A stretch of 64,000 nucleotides of DNA from positions 96,001 through 160,000 of the forward strand of contig CAVQBA010000006.1 in assembly GCA_963710605.1 (NCBI GenBank), in the 5' to 3' direction. The notes beneath the pieces were generated by a model. That model searched no databases. It was not told the DNA's origin and saw only the letters and a program-made list of their open reading frames with translations. Each line of letters opens with the position of its first letter. Position 1 is the stretch's first letter. This stretch comes from an uncultured cyanobacterium (lineage in GTDB: Bacteria; Cyanobacteriota; Cyanobacteriia; Cyanobacteriales; Cyanobacteriaceae). Shown piece by piece: positions 32,727 through 43,480 of the stretch. Position numbers and translations under genes: made by a program.

Positions 32727-33794
32727 ATGGTGTTTACTGCTAAGTATCAAAAATATAGTTTAAAATTTAAACGTCCTAGTGGTACTTCTCGTGGCATAAT
32801 GACCACTAAAGATACTTATTTTGTTTTCCTTAAAGATAGTAATAATCCTAACAAAATTGCGATCGGTGAATGTGGTTTATTAAAAGGATTAAGTCACGAC
32901 GATCGACCTAACTATGAAACTAAACTACAACAAGTTTGTCAGCAAATCAAACAGATTAGATCACTAGAAGGAATCAATCGTTTGTGTTTGAGTTTGTTAG
33001 ATTACCCTTCGATTCGTTTTGGAGTAGAAATGGCGTTTCAAGATTTAGTAATGGGTAGCCAACGTATTTTTTACGATAATTATTTTACTCAAGGAAAACC
33101 AATCCCGATTAATGGTTTAATTTGGATGGGTGAAATTGAGTTTATGCGTCAGCAAATTATCAAGAAAATAGAAAGTGGTTTTAGTTGTTTAAAATTAAAA
33201 ATAGGGGCGATCGATTGGGAAACGGAGTTACAATTAATAGCAAGTATTCGTCAAGAATTTTCAGCCAATGACATTGAAATTAGAGTTGATGCTAATGGTG
33301 CTTTTTCTCCCTCCACTGCTTTAGAAAAGTTAGAGCTTTTAGCAAAGTACAATTTACATTCGATCGAACAACCGATTAAACAAAATCAATGGCAAGAGAT
33401 GGCTTTATTGTGCGATCGAACTCCTTTACCAATAGCCTTAGATGAAGAACTAATTGGCATCAACAATCCAGAAGAAAAAGATAAATTAGTAAACTTTATT
33501 TCACCGCAATACCTAATTTTTAAACCTAGTTTAATTGGTGGTTTTAAAGCTACTCAAGAATGGATAGATATAGCAAATGAAAAACAAATCCCTTGGTGGA
33601 TAACCTCAGCATTAGAAAGTAATATTGGATTAAATGCGATCGCTCAATTTACAGCTAATACCAACAATAAAATGCCACAAGGATTGGGTACGGGGCAGTT
33701 ATACACAAATAATATCGACTCTCCTTTAGAAGTAAAAGCAGGACATCTTTACTATCGCCCAAACCTAAAATGGAATTTATCTTCTTTACACTAG
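32727..33794 (+). CDS. menC: o-succinylbenzoate synthase (enolase superfamily)
   Basis: KLKIG, RVDANG, EQP, ALDEEL, TSALES, GLGTG. Confidence 0.88.
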   Translation: MVFTAKYQKYSLKFKRPSGTSRGIMTTKDTYFVFLKDSNNPNKIAIGECGLLKGLSHDDRPNYETKLQQVCQQIKQIRSLEGINRLCLSLLDYPSIRFGVEMAFQDLVMGSQRIFYDNYFTQGKPIPINGLIWMGEIEFMRQQIIKKIESGFSCLKLKIGAIDWETELQLIASIRQEFSANDIEIRVDANGAFSPSTALEKLELLAKYNLHSIEQPIKQNQWQEMALLCDRTPLPIALDEELIGINNPEEKDKLVNFISPQYLIFKPSLIGGFKATQEWIDIANEKQIPWWITSALESNIGLNAIAQFTANTNNKMPQGLGTGQLYTNNIDSPLEVKAGHLYYRPNLKWNLSSLH

Positions 33795-34097
33795 TGATGA
33801 TTAAGATTGATATAGATTAGTGATACATACCTAATTAATGTGACACATTTTTAAACAGAAATAGTTTATTTTCTGTCTGAATTTTGGGCATTCTAATAAC
33901 ATATCTCATTCTAGATAAATAGAAATATCAGATCGAGATAAAAAGCGATCTATGAAATCAGAAATTAACATGGTGTTAAAGAAAATATCACTAGTTAGTT
34001 ATCAAATGTAAGGAAACAACAAGTTATTTTGATGGTTTTATTTTTCTGGCAATGATTAGTATATGGATTACTAAAATTTTATAACTAGGATAAGTTC

Positions 34098-37000
34098 ATG
34101 ATAGAAAATACCAATAACAATGAGATTATTATCGAAATTTCAAAAAATCTTAAGAAAAAACAAATTGAGCTGATTAAAATAATGTCAGAAGATAAAATCA
34201 AAATAGATTCAAGTATTTCGATTTTATCTGAGTCTCCAAAAGAATTGATTAAAAATTCAACAAAAAATGTAAAAACTAGAATTATTAATTTACTTTACAA
34301 ACTGGAAAAACAAGAAATAGTCAAATCAGAAAATAATATATTTAGCTTAACTGAGTTAGGTCAAAATATTGCTGAATATTTAGAGAAAAATCAAATTCTG
34401 AATAAAGAAAAAAGAAGCTCTTCCCGTCAACTTCAAAAACAAGAAGTTCAAAAAAAAAGGAATGAATTTCTTGAACTATATAAACAAGGCTTGAGTTATC
34501 AAGATATAGGTAATAAACATCAAATTTCTAGAGAAAGAGTTAGACAAATCTTAATAGACAATCCTACTTTTCATGAATATAGAGAAGAACAAGAATTAGC
34601 TAAAATTCAAGCCCAAGAAGAAAAAGAAAAACAAGCTGAAGAAAATTTTTACGAACGAAGTATTGCTTTTCTTTATCCAGAAAAAGTCGATCTGCTCTGG
34701 GATTATGAAAAAAATGGAAATCTTCAACCTGATGAAGTTATCGCAGGAAGTGTAAGTCAATACATATGGCTCAAATGTCCTCTCGATCGATATTCTTGGA
34801 AAAAAAAACCTAACGATATTACAACTAGTTGGTCAAGATATGGAACAAGTGGTTGTCCCAAATGTGCTGGTAAAACAAAAAAAATACAACAAAGACCAAA
34901 ATTAAAAGATGCTTATCCTGATTTTGTCCAGCAATATTGGGATTATGAAAAGAATGATGAATTAAATATTTATCCAGAAAAAGTTAAAACTGGTAGTAAC
35001 AAAAAAGCATGGTTTAAATGTTCTGTTGATGGCAATGAATGGGAAAGGATAATTCATTCAATGGTGGCTCAAAATTGGTCAAAAGGTAATGGTGGTTGTA
35101 GTGTTTGTAATGGTACTCAGGATAGAAAAAAAAGTAAGTGGACAAGAGCTAATCCTGTGGCAGTAGATTTTTCTGAAGAAGTGGCTAAATATTGGCTTTA
35201 TGAAAAAAATAATGAATTAAAGCTCAATCCTAATAAATTAACAACTGGTTCTAAGAAAAAAGCATGGTTCAAGTGTCCTCTCGATCAACATGAATGGGAG
35301 GCATCTATTACAGCTATTGCTAAAACTTCTTGGAAAAAAGGTAATAGTGGTTGTCCTGCTTGTAGAGGATGGATTGCGGCTGAAACTACTTCCTTAATTG
35401 CTCTTTATCCCGAATACATACAACAATATTGGGATTATGAAAAAAATGATTGATTAGGTTTGTATCCAGATCGATTAACAAAAGGTACTAATAAAGAAGC
35501 ATGGTTTAAATGTTCTATAGATGATTACGAATGGAAAGCTCGAATTTATTCAATTATTAAAGGTTCATGGAGTGTCGGAAATAGTGGTTGTGTTAGATGT
35601 AGCAATCGTTGGACAATTGAAGCAATCCGTCAATTTGTAGCTAGTTTAAAAGAACATATTCCTAACTTAACACCAGCAGAACGTTATAGAATATTTGAAC
35701 AATCAGGTATTTTAAATACTCAAAATAAAGAAGGTCTTACAATTGTAAAAGATATTATTAAAGGTAAATTATCGGGAGCTAAATTAGGCGGATTTCTCAG
35801 AGGGGAAGAAACAAAAGAAGATAACTTAGAAAATAGTTTTGATAATAATCTAAATGCTGATGAAGAATTACAAACCGTTGATGATGATCCTTCTCATCTT
35901 TCCAAACATACTTTTCATAAAGATACTGAAAATGCGGAAGAAGAAACTATAGAAAATGAAGATTTACCAAAAATTCATGTACAAAAAAGCCTAGAATTTC
36001 TTAATAGTAAAGTAGTTGCATCTTCAGATCGAGAAGCAGTTGATTTCTTTATTGCTTCCCGAAAAAATCGCATTTGGGCAGAAGTTTTTGAAGATGAGTC
36101 CGCAGTCGAAGGTTTAGAAGAATTTACCGATGAAGGTTATGGCTATCAAGTAAGAGATCAATTTCTTGATGAATATTATCAAGCAAAAAATATGCAAACT
36201 CCTCAAGGTTGGGGTTTTAAAATCAATGGGAAAATAACACCTCCTAACTTAATGCAGAAAGTCTCTGCGGTGCGATTAAATAATGCCAAAAGAATGCTCA
36301 ATTTATCTTTAACTGGAACAGGTAAAACCATTGGTGGAATTTTAAGTAGTCGTATTATTGATGCTAATTTAACTATTATTATTTGTCCTTTTGATACTGT
36401 TAGTAATTGGCATAGTGAAATCAAAAAAGTTTTCCCCGATAGTAAAGTTACAACTAAAAATTTTAGTCCTTATTGGGAAACTATAAAAAATGGACATCAT
36501 TATATGATTTTTAACCATGAAATGTTCCAACAACCCAATACAGCAAGTCGTATTCGTCAACTATTAGAAAAATATCAAATTGATTTAATCATTGTTGATG
36601 AAATTCACAAATGTAAACAAAGAAGTCAAAATCCTTCTAAACGCCGTCAAATGATTATGGGATTAATCACCAATGCCAATGAAATTAATCCTAATCTTCA
36701 TGTTTTAGGGATGAGTGCCACACCAATTATTAATAATCTCAAAGAAGGCAAAAGTTTAGTTGAATTAGTCTCAGGAATAGAAAGAAGTGATTTAGGAGAA
36801 AAAGCCACAACTAATAATTGTATGAAGTTACATCAGGCTTTTGTAACTTTAGGCATTCGCTCAAGGGTAAAACCTAAAATTAAAATTGATAGAATCCAAA
36901 TTCCTATTGATATTTCACATTTAGTTGATGAAATTAGAGAGGAAGGAAAATCTGTTCTCAAAATGGAGCAAATTTTAACCCGTGCTAAAATACCGACTAT

Positions 37001-38171
37001 TTTAGAGCAAATACGACCTAAAACTATTATTTATACTCATTATGTAGAAAGTATAGTTTCTCAATTAAAAGAAGCAATTGAAACTGAAGGTTGGACAGTT
37101 GGCTTTCATTTAGGAGGCAATAAAAGCGGTTATGATGGTTTCGTTAATGGTTCAACGGATATTTTAATTGCTAGTAGTGCAATGGCTGTAGGGGTTGATG
37201 GTTTTCAGAAAGTTTGTAGTCGTTTAATTTTAAATATTCCACCTTGGACAAGTGCCGAATTAGAGCAATTAGAAGGGCGTTTAAATCGCCAAGGACAAAC
37301 ATCTAATATTTTAACAATTGTTATGCCTGTGACTTATGGTCACGATAAAGAAGAATATTGGAGCTGGGATGAAGGAAGATTGGCACGATTAGAGAATAAA
37401 CAAACTATAGCTGATGCGGCGGTTGATGGTATTATTCCTGAAGGGCAATTAAGAACTCAATCTCAAGCTTTTCGTGATTTGAGAAAATGGCTAGAAAGAC
37501 TTAAAACAGGAAAACAAAAATCAATTATCAGACCTAAAATATTTGTACCTTTACCTGAAGACAATCCGAGTGATGTTAAACGTCGTTATGCTCGTTATGG
37601 TGATTTTAGCAAGATGAATGCTCGTTGGAATACAAGTTATAGTCATACACTTTACCAACGTTTACAAGAAAATCCTGAAGAATGGATGCAATATCATACA
37701 CTTTACCAAGAAGCCAGAAAAACATGGAATCTTATTCCTTACAAAGAAACGATTAAATGGCTCGAACAACGTTCAGATTTAATAGTAGGAGACTTTGGTT
37801 GTGGAGAAGCTTTTATCGCTAAAGAATTAGCAGATAAACATACAATTCATAGCTTTGATTTCATTGCAATTAATGATTCTGTAACAGAATGTGATCTGAA
37901 AAATGTACCATTAGAGGATAATTGTCTGGATATAGCAATCTTTAATCTATCTTTAATGGGTTTAAATTACGAGCAATATATTATTGAAGCCTCCAGAACT
38001 TTAAAGTTAGATGGGCAACTTTGGATTTACGAAGCAATATCGAGAATCAAAGATATAAATAATTTTATTCAAAAAATTCAATTTTTTGGTTTTAGTATTA
38101 TCAAAAATATCGAAACTAACAAATTCATACATATTTGGGCAATTAAGTCAGAGTTTAAAAATTACAGTTAA
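34098..38171 (+). CDS. Multidomain protein: HTH (sigma r4-like), 4 DUF4379-type Zn-ribbons, SF2 helicase, RRP8/Methyltransf_8-like SAM methyltransferase; one reading frame with an in-frame TGA at 35451-35453
   Basis: LSYQDIGNKHQISRERVRQI; four WxYEKN..P..G..WxKC..W..GCxxC repeats; TGTGKT, DEIH, MSATP, QLEGRLNRQGQ; DFGCGEA..HSFDF..VPLED..IFNLSLMG..EASRTL; ORFs 34098 and 35460 share a frame. Confidence 0.85.
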
Positions 38172-38213
38172 AACAAACTTTTTCTTTTACTAAATAAATC
38201 ACGATCGTTAATT

Positions 38214-38783
38214 TGGGAAATTGAGTTACAATTAATACCTAGTATCCGTCAAGAATTTTCAGCCAATGAAATTGAAATTAGAGTCGATGCTAATGGTGCT
38301 TTTTCTCCCTCCACTGCTTTAGAAAAGTTAGAGCTTTTAGCAAAGTACAATTTACATTCGATCGAACAACCGATTAAACAAAATCAATGGCAAGAGATGG
38401 CTTTATTGTGTAGTAAAACTCCTTTACCGATAGCATTAGACGAAGAACTAATCAGCATCAACAATCCAGAAGAAAAAGATAAATTAGTAAACTTTATTTC
38501 ACCGCAATACCTAATTTTTAAACCTAGTTTAATAGGTGGTTTTAAGGCTACTCAAGAATGGATAGATATAGCAAATCAAAAACAAATCCCTTGGTGGATA
38601 ACCTCAGCCTTAGAAAGTAATATAGGACTAAATGCGATCGCTCAATTTACAGCTAATACCAACAATAAAATGCCACAAGGATTGGGTACGGGGCAGTTAT
38701 ACACAAATAATATCGACTCTCCTTTAGAAGTAAAAGCAGGACATCTTTACTATCGTCAACAACTTCAGTGGGATTTATCTTAA
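38214..38783 (+). pseudogene. menC: 5'-truncated duplicate of the menC 3' half (33216-~33783)
   Basis: Near-identical nucleotide blocks at offset 4998; lacks the N-terminus and the catalytic KxK. Confidence 0.93.
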
Positions 38784-38801
38784 TTATCGATCGATAATTA
38801 A

Positions 38802-39008
38802 GAATTTAATAATAATTCACAAAAAACTAGTAAAACAATGCAAATAGAATTAGAAAGATTTCGCTTAGAGTATCAAACTGCATTACAAAAATTTTCGGCA
38901 ATAGCAAATATTTGTGACAAACTGAATCAAACTTCGATCGGTTTATACGAAACTTCAAAATATCTAATAACTACAGCTAACGAGTTAAAAGATAGTAACG
39001 ATCGATAA
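38802..39008 (+). pseudogene. C-terminal coiled-coil remnant of a putative ZorA-like gene
   Basis: EFNNNSQKTSKTMQIELERFRLEYQTALQKF...ANELKDSNDR*, directly upstream of the MotB/OmpA gene; assignment rests on position. Confidence 0.4.
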
Positions 39009-39052
39009 TAGTTGAAATTAAGCTAATTTTTATTTTATTTAAGGGAGACAAA

Positions 39053-39718
39053 ATGACAGGTTTTTTTGATTATGAAACTGAAGAAGAATTATTAGAAGAG
39101 GAAGATTCTGGTGTATGGCTTTCTGTAGGAGACTTAATGTCAGGATTGTTGATGTTTTTTGCTTTGTTATTTATTGCGGTATCCGCTCAACTGGTTGAAT
39201 ATGACAACATTATCAAAAAAATTCCCTTAGCTATTGTTGAAGCGACTAAAAATATTGAGGGAGTAAAAGATAGTATTAAACTTGAACCTAATGGCGATTT
39301 GAGCTTAGATGATAAAATTCTTTTTGATGAAGGGCAAGCTACTTTAAAACCTGAAGGAAAAAACTTTTTGACTAACTTTATTCCTGTATATACTGAAACT
39401 ATTTTTAGTGACGAAATGTTTGACCAGCAAGTATCAAGAATTATTATAGAAGGTCATACTAGCTCAAATGGTTCAGAAAAGCAAAATATGGAGTTAAGTT
39501 TTCAACGGGCATTAGCGGTGAGTGAATATATTAAAACGATCGATTTTCCTTATCAAAATCAATTAAAACAAAAATTGTTAGCCGCAGGCAGAGGAGAAAC
39601 TGATTCTAATCAAACTTTTGACGATTCTAAAGACAGAAAAGTGATGTTACGTTTTCAATTTAAAAGACAGGAGTTAACAAATGTATTCCCAAATCAAACC
39701 AATAATTTAAATCCGTAA
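39053..39718 (+). CDS. MotB/OmpA-family protein, ZorB-like
   Basis: WLSVGDLMSGLLMFF TM helix with conserved Asp; IIIEGHTS, NMELSFQRA, AAGRGE, DRKV. Confidence 0.8.
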   Translation: MTGFFDYETEEELLEEEDSGVWLSVGDLMSGLLMFFALLFIAVSAQLVEYDNIIKKIPLAIVEATKNIEGVKDSIKLEPNGDLSLDDKILFDEGQATLKPEGKNFLTNFIPVYTETIFSDEMFDQQVSRIIIEGHTSSNGSEKQNMELSFQRALAVSEYIKTIDFPYQNQLKQKLLAAGRGETDSNQTFDDSKDRKVMLRFQFKRQELTNVFPNQTNNLNP

Positions 39719-39733
39719 AAGATTAAATTAACG

Positions 39734-39841
39734 ATGAATTTTTTTAAGTCAAAAATAAATTTACCTGATTTACCACCACCAAAATCGATCGAGTTATTAA
39801 AATTAACCCAAGGCATTAAAGGGTTACTCATCAATGACTAA
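39734..39841 (+). pseudogene. 35-aa N-terminal remnant, possibly of a ZorC/EH-signature-like gene
   Basis: MNFFKSKINLPDLPPPKSIELLKLTQGI, 15 nt after the ZorB-like stop and cut off by repeat elements. Confidence 0.3.
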
Positions 39842-39869
39842 AGTCATTACTACCAACTTTAATTTAAAC

Positions 39870-39976
39870 TATAGCTTTTTTCATGTTTACGAGGTACAAC
39901 GGAAAATCGGAAGTCCCCTTTATAAGGGGGATTTAGGGGGCTTTCTTTATATTTCACAAGACTAATAATTGCTATA
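39870..39976. repeat. Dispersed inverted-repeat element (same family as 6643-6755)
   Basis: tatagc...gctata, gaggtaca, cccctttataagggggatttaggggg. Confidence 0.7.
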
Positions 39977-39993
39977 TTTAGCTATTACTTTAG

Positions 39994-41526
39994 TTATTCC
40001 GCAAAAGTTTCTACATTACCACTAGGAGAAAGAATCAATCTGATAGTAAGAGGAGACACTTGTGTAAAACCTGAAGTAATTATCTCACCAATCAACGGCA
40101 TTGGTGTTTGATCAATAAATATCGAGGCAATTTGTCCGACAGGTGTTATTCTACTTAAACTACCATCACCGTTTAATACAAGGCGATATTCGATGCTTTG
40201 TGTGAGATTCTCAGGCGGTTGCCATTTGCTTTGAAAATAGGTTTCAACTTCAGTAGAAACATTATTACTAATCTGCTTGGCTATCACTATCGGGCTGTTA
40301 TCTGTGCTTAATTGTTGTCTTAGTTTTACACTCGGCTTGATTTGTTGATTATTTGTGGTTGGTAAATTAGGTAAGTTATTACTAGAATCAAGGCTTGGTT
40401 TTGGATTTGCCGCTGATAAAACAGGTACGGTAGAAGGAGGATTAGTTTTAGTATTAAGTGGTTTTGATGGTGGTTGTTTATTCTCAATAACTTGATCTTG
40501 TTTGATTGTTGGAGGAGAATTAAAAGACGGTTTTATTGCCATAATCACCGATGGGTTAACTTTTTTATCGGTTGAATTTGACGGCAAATTGAATACTTTT
40601 TGTGAAGGAAAAGGTTTTGTTTTTGAGGATGAAGAAGTTGTTTTTGAGGATGGTGTGGGTAAAACACTAGTAATGCTCAAGTTATTTTGCTTTGATGAAT
40701 TGTTATCTTCATTAGGAATAACTAAATCAATTGACGATGGTGTAATATTTGGTGGTGGTAATAATGATTGTTGACGAATTGCTTGTGGCGAAATTTTAGC
40801 TAGATTTGTCTGAGCGGGTATTTTAGGTACAATTGTTTGAGGTATATTTTTAGCATCTAATGGTTGAGGTGGCACAACTGCTTGAACATTCGTGTCATAT
40901 TTGTCAGCAGGTAAATTTTCATCATCAGTTTCTTGGGCTATATCGCTAGCTAAATTTTGCTGATAACGCCACCATCCTAGCCCTCCTGCGGTTGTAATTA
41001 TCGCTATTAGAGCAATCCAAGCACTAGCCGATAACGATCGTTTTTTCTTTTTGATATTTACATTAGTCGCATCCCAATGATAAGTATCTAAAGCATTGAC
41101 AAAATCGACTAGTTGTGTATTATTTAAAACGACTTCGATCGTTTCTGGATGAGGTTCAAAAGATTGATAATAGAGAAGATGGCTATAAGCACTCAATCGG
41201 CTTAAATGAACAATTTTACCTTCTGCTGATAATGGTATTTCGCAAGCGAGTTTTTCTGGTTGCTCCCAAATAGATGTACAGTTAAGATATTCTTGTACAT
41301 ATTTAGTTAATGTTTTTCTAAGTGTTTCAAGCAAATCTCGATCGCCAATTACGGTAATTTTATCTTCTTGTGTTAACCGAGGATCATCAAAATGTAACTG
41401 GAAACTAAATAAAGGAGGAAAATGTTGCGATCGCCATCTACCCCAAAACGGTTGTGGATGATATATTTCTAATGTACAAGTAGGAGGGGTATAACGCCTA
41501 AAAGAATTAAATTTGTGAATTACCAT
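39994..41526 (-). CDS. DUF4335-domain membrane protein
   Basis: RRYTPPTCTLEI, TM helix, Pro-rich linker, WQPPENLTQSIEYRL. Confidence 0.8.
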   Translation of the reverse strand: MVIHKFNSFRRYTPPTCTLEIYHPQPFWGRWRSQHFPPLFSFQLHFDDPRLTQEDKITVIGDRDLLETLRKTLTKYVQEYLNCTSIWEQPEKLACEIPLSAEGKIVHLSRLSAYSHLLYYQSFEPHPETIEVVLNNTQLVDFVNALDTYHWDATNVNIKKKKRSLSASAWIALIAIITTAGGLGWWRYQQNLASDIAQETDDENLPADKYDTNVQAVVPPQPLDAKNIPQTIVPKIPAQTNLAKISPQAIRQQSLLPPPNITPSSIDLVIPNEDNNSSKQNNLSITSVLPTPSSKTTSSSSKTKPFPSQKVFNLPSNSTDKKVNPSVIMAIKPSFNSPPTIKQDQVIENKQPPSKPLNTKTNPPSTVPVLSAANPKPSLDSSNNLPNLPTTNNQQIKPSVKLRQQLSTDNSPIVIAKQISNNVSTEVETYFQSKWQPPENLTQSIEYRLVLNGDGSLSRITPVGQIASIFIDQTPMPLIGEIITSGFTQVSPLTIRLILSPSGNVETFAE

Positions 41527-41738
41527 ACTCGCTATTTCTGGAAAATTATATACGATCGCTCTTTTTTAAGATAACAGATTAAGATCAAAAATAAGGAGCA
41601 AACAATTGAGCGATCGTCAAAATAATAACTATTAACTATTAACTATCCACTATTAATAAACTTGTGTTCTGTTTCCATTTTTGTTTACAATTTTTTAAAA
41701 TTAGTATATAAAACTTAACATAACTAAAGGAAGAAAAA

Positions 41739-42050
41739 ATGCCAACAATCACTTTTATCAACGATAAAAAAGAAAATCAAGATGTTGTAGCCGCTAATGG
41801 TGCTAATTTGAGAGAAAAAGCATTACAAAACTCCGTTGATATCTACAAATGGCGGGGTAAACTAACTAATTGTGGTGGTTTGGGGCAATGTGCTACTTGT
41901 GTGGTAGAAGTTTTAGAAGGGAGCGAAAATTTATCTCCTCGTACTGACTTTGAAAATCGCCGTTTACGCAAAAAACCTGATAATTATCGTTTAGCTTGTC
42001 AAACTTTAGTTAATGATGGTTCGATTACTGTCAAGACTAAACCTAAATAG
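41739..42050 (+). CDS. 2Fe-2S ferredoxin
   Basis: [11 protein letters not shown]...RLACQ. Confidence 0.92.
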   Translation: MPTITFINDKKENQDVVAANGANLREKALQNSVDIYKWRGKLTNCGGLGQCATCVVEVLEGSENLSPRTDFENRRLRKKPDNYRLACQTLVNDGSITVKTKPK

Positions 42051-42251
42051 TTAAGGCAGTTAACAGTTAAGAGTTAACAGTTGATAGTTCATTGTTTGAC
42101 TACTATACGATCGTTATTGATGAATTATTAATTGTCAATTATTAATCGTTAATTACAAACTGACAGTTGAGGTGTCCACAAAAATGATATTTTATTCTAA
42201 GTATCTATTTTTTTGTTGATACAATTTAGAAGCAAAATATAAAATAAATAA

Positions 42252-43289
42252 ATGGTAGAAACTATCCCTTCAACTGTCGAAATTACCGAGGCTTTGTCAA
42301 TTCCTGAAGATTTGGATTTTGAGTTACCTAATCCTGAAGATGAGCAATTAGGAGAAGACGAGTTTTTATATCAAATTGATCATGTTTGGAAAGTATGCGA
42401 CAGGTTTGATTTACAAACAGATATTTGGCGAGGTAGAATACTTAGAGCGGTTAGAGATCGAGAAAAACTCGGTGGTGAAGGTAGAGGTACAGGTTTTTTA
42501 AATTGGTTAAAAAATAGAGAAATAACTAAAAGTCAAGCCTATGCTTTAATTCAAGTAGCCAATAGTGCTGATACTTTACTCGCAGAGGGTAATTTAGAGC
42601 CAGAAGCGATTAATAACTTCAGTAAACGGGCTTTTGTCGAAACCGCTAAAGCAGAGCCAGAAATTCAAAAAATTGTTAGTGAAGCCGCTCAAAATGGCGA
42701 TCGTATTACCCGCCGAGAAGTTAAACAATTAACTGACGAATACACGGCGATGAATTCGGATTTTTTACCTGATAATATCAAAGAAAAAGCAGTTGATGGT
42801 ACATTACCTCCTCGTCATCTAGCACCTTTAGTTAAGGAGTTAGAAAAGTTACCAGAAGAGCAAATTGAAGAAATAAAAAAAGAAGTAGAACAAAATCCTG
42901 ATATCGATACAGTCAAGGAAATGACTTCTACTGCTAAAAGCTTAGCTAAATACCTCGATTCTGCCGCTCAAGTAGAAACACTCAGAGAATCAAGTGTCGA
43001 TGTCAAACTAGCTTTAGATGAGGCGTTAAGATTAGATTGCTTGAGTATTACCGCTGATTTGGTTAAACAAGCCACTAACCTTGAGCATAGTGTCGCAAAG
43101 TTATATACTCAGTGGAAAAGAATGGGTGGTATAGCCGATTGTCTTTATGTAGAAACAGGGGCTACCACTCCTAATTTACGATCGCTTTTGAGTTGTTTAG
43201 AAAAATTGACCAGTGAAGTTGTTGAAGTACGTTTAGATGATGGCGGCGAAAAAATGGTACGTCTAAGAATTGTCAGTGATGAGGTGTAA
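42252..43289 (+). CDS. Conserved cyanobacterial hypothetical protein
   Basis: 345-aa ORF; DRFDLQTDIWRGRILRAVRDREK. Confidence 0.8.
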   Translation: MVETIPSTVEITEALSIPEDLDFELPNPEDEQLGEDEFLYQIDHVWKVCDRFDLQTDIWRGRILRAVRDREKLGGEGRGTGFLNWLKNREITKSQAYALIQVANSADTLLAEGNLEPEAINNFSKRAFVETAKAEPEIQKIVSEAAQNGDRITRREVKQLTDEYTAMNSDFLPDNIKEKAVDGTLPPRHLAPLVKELEKLPEEQIEEIKKEVEQNPDIDTVKEMTSTAKSLAKYLDSAAQVETLRESSVDVKLALDEALRLDCLSITADLVKQATNLEHSVAKLYTQWKRMGGIADCLYVETGATTPNLRSLLSCLEKLTSEVVEVRLDDGGEKMVRLRIVSDEV

Positions 43290-43480
43290 AAAGCTCAAGA
43301 AGTTTGCTTCAAACCTGTGTCCTAAAAAATATTGATTGTGATTCTGTTTTTACCCTTTGTAAGCCCCTTATATTTATCTAAAAAAAGGAACAAACATTTA
43401 GTTTTGTGGTCATTATTATTACCAAAAGCTATCTATTGAATTATCTTTTGTCGAAAAAAACTTACTCACAAATCAGTCGG

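Noticed and set aside
2234-35453. Genome-wide TGA recoding suggested by several in-frame TGA codons
   Set aside because: Many intact genes end in TGA and use TGG for Trp; the internal TGAs are confined to accessory genes.
35460-38171. Type III/ISP restriction-modification enzyme
   Set aside because: I recognised no DNA-MTase catalytic motif or nuclease motif; the MTase resembles RRP8.
39053-39718. Flagellar motB
   Set aside because: Cyanobacteria have no flagella and no motA is present; a Zorya-like interpretation fits better.
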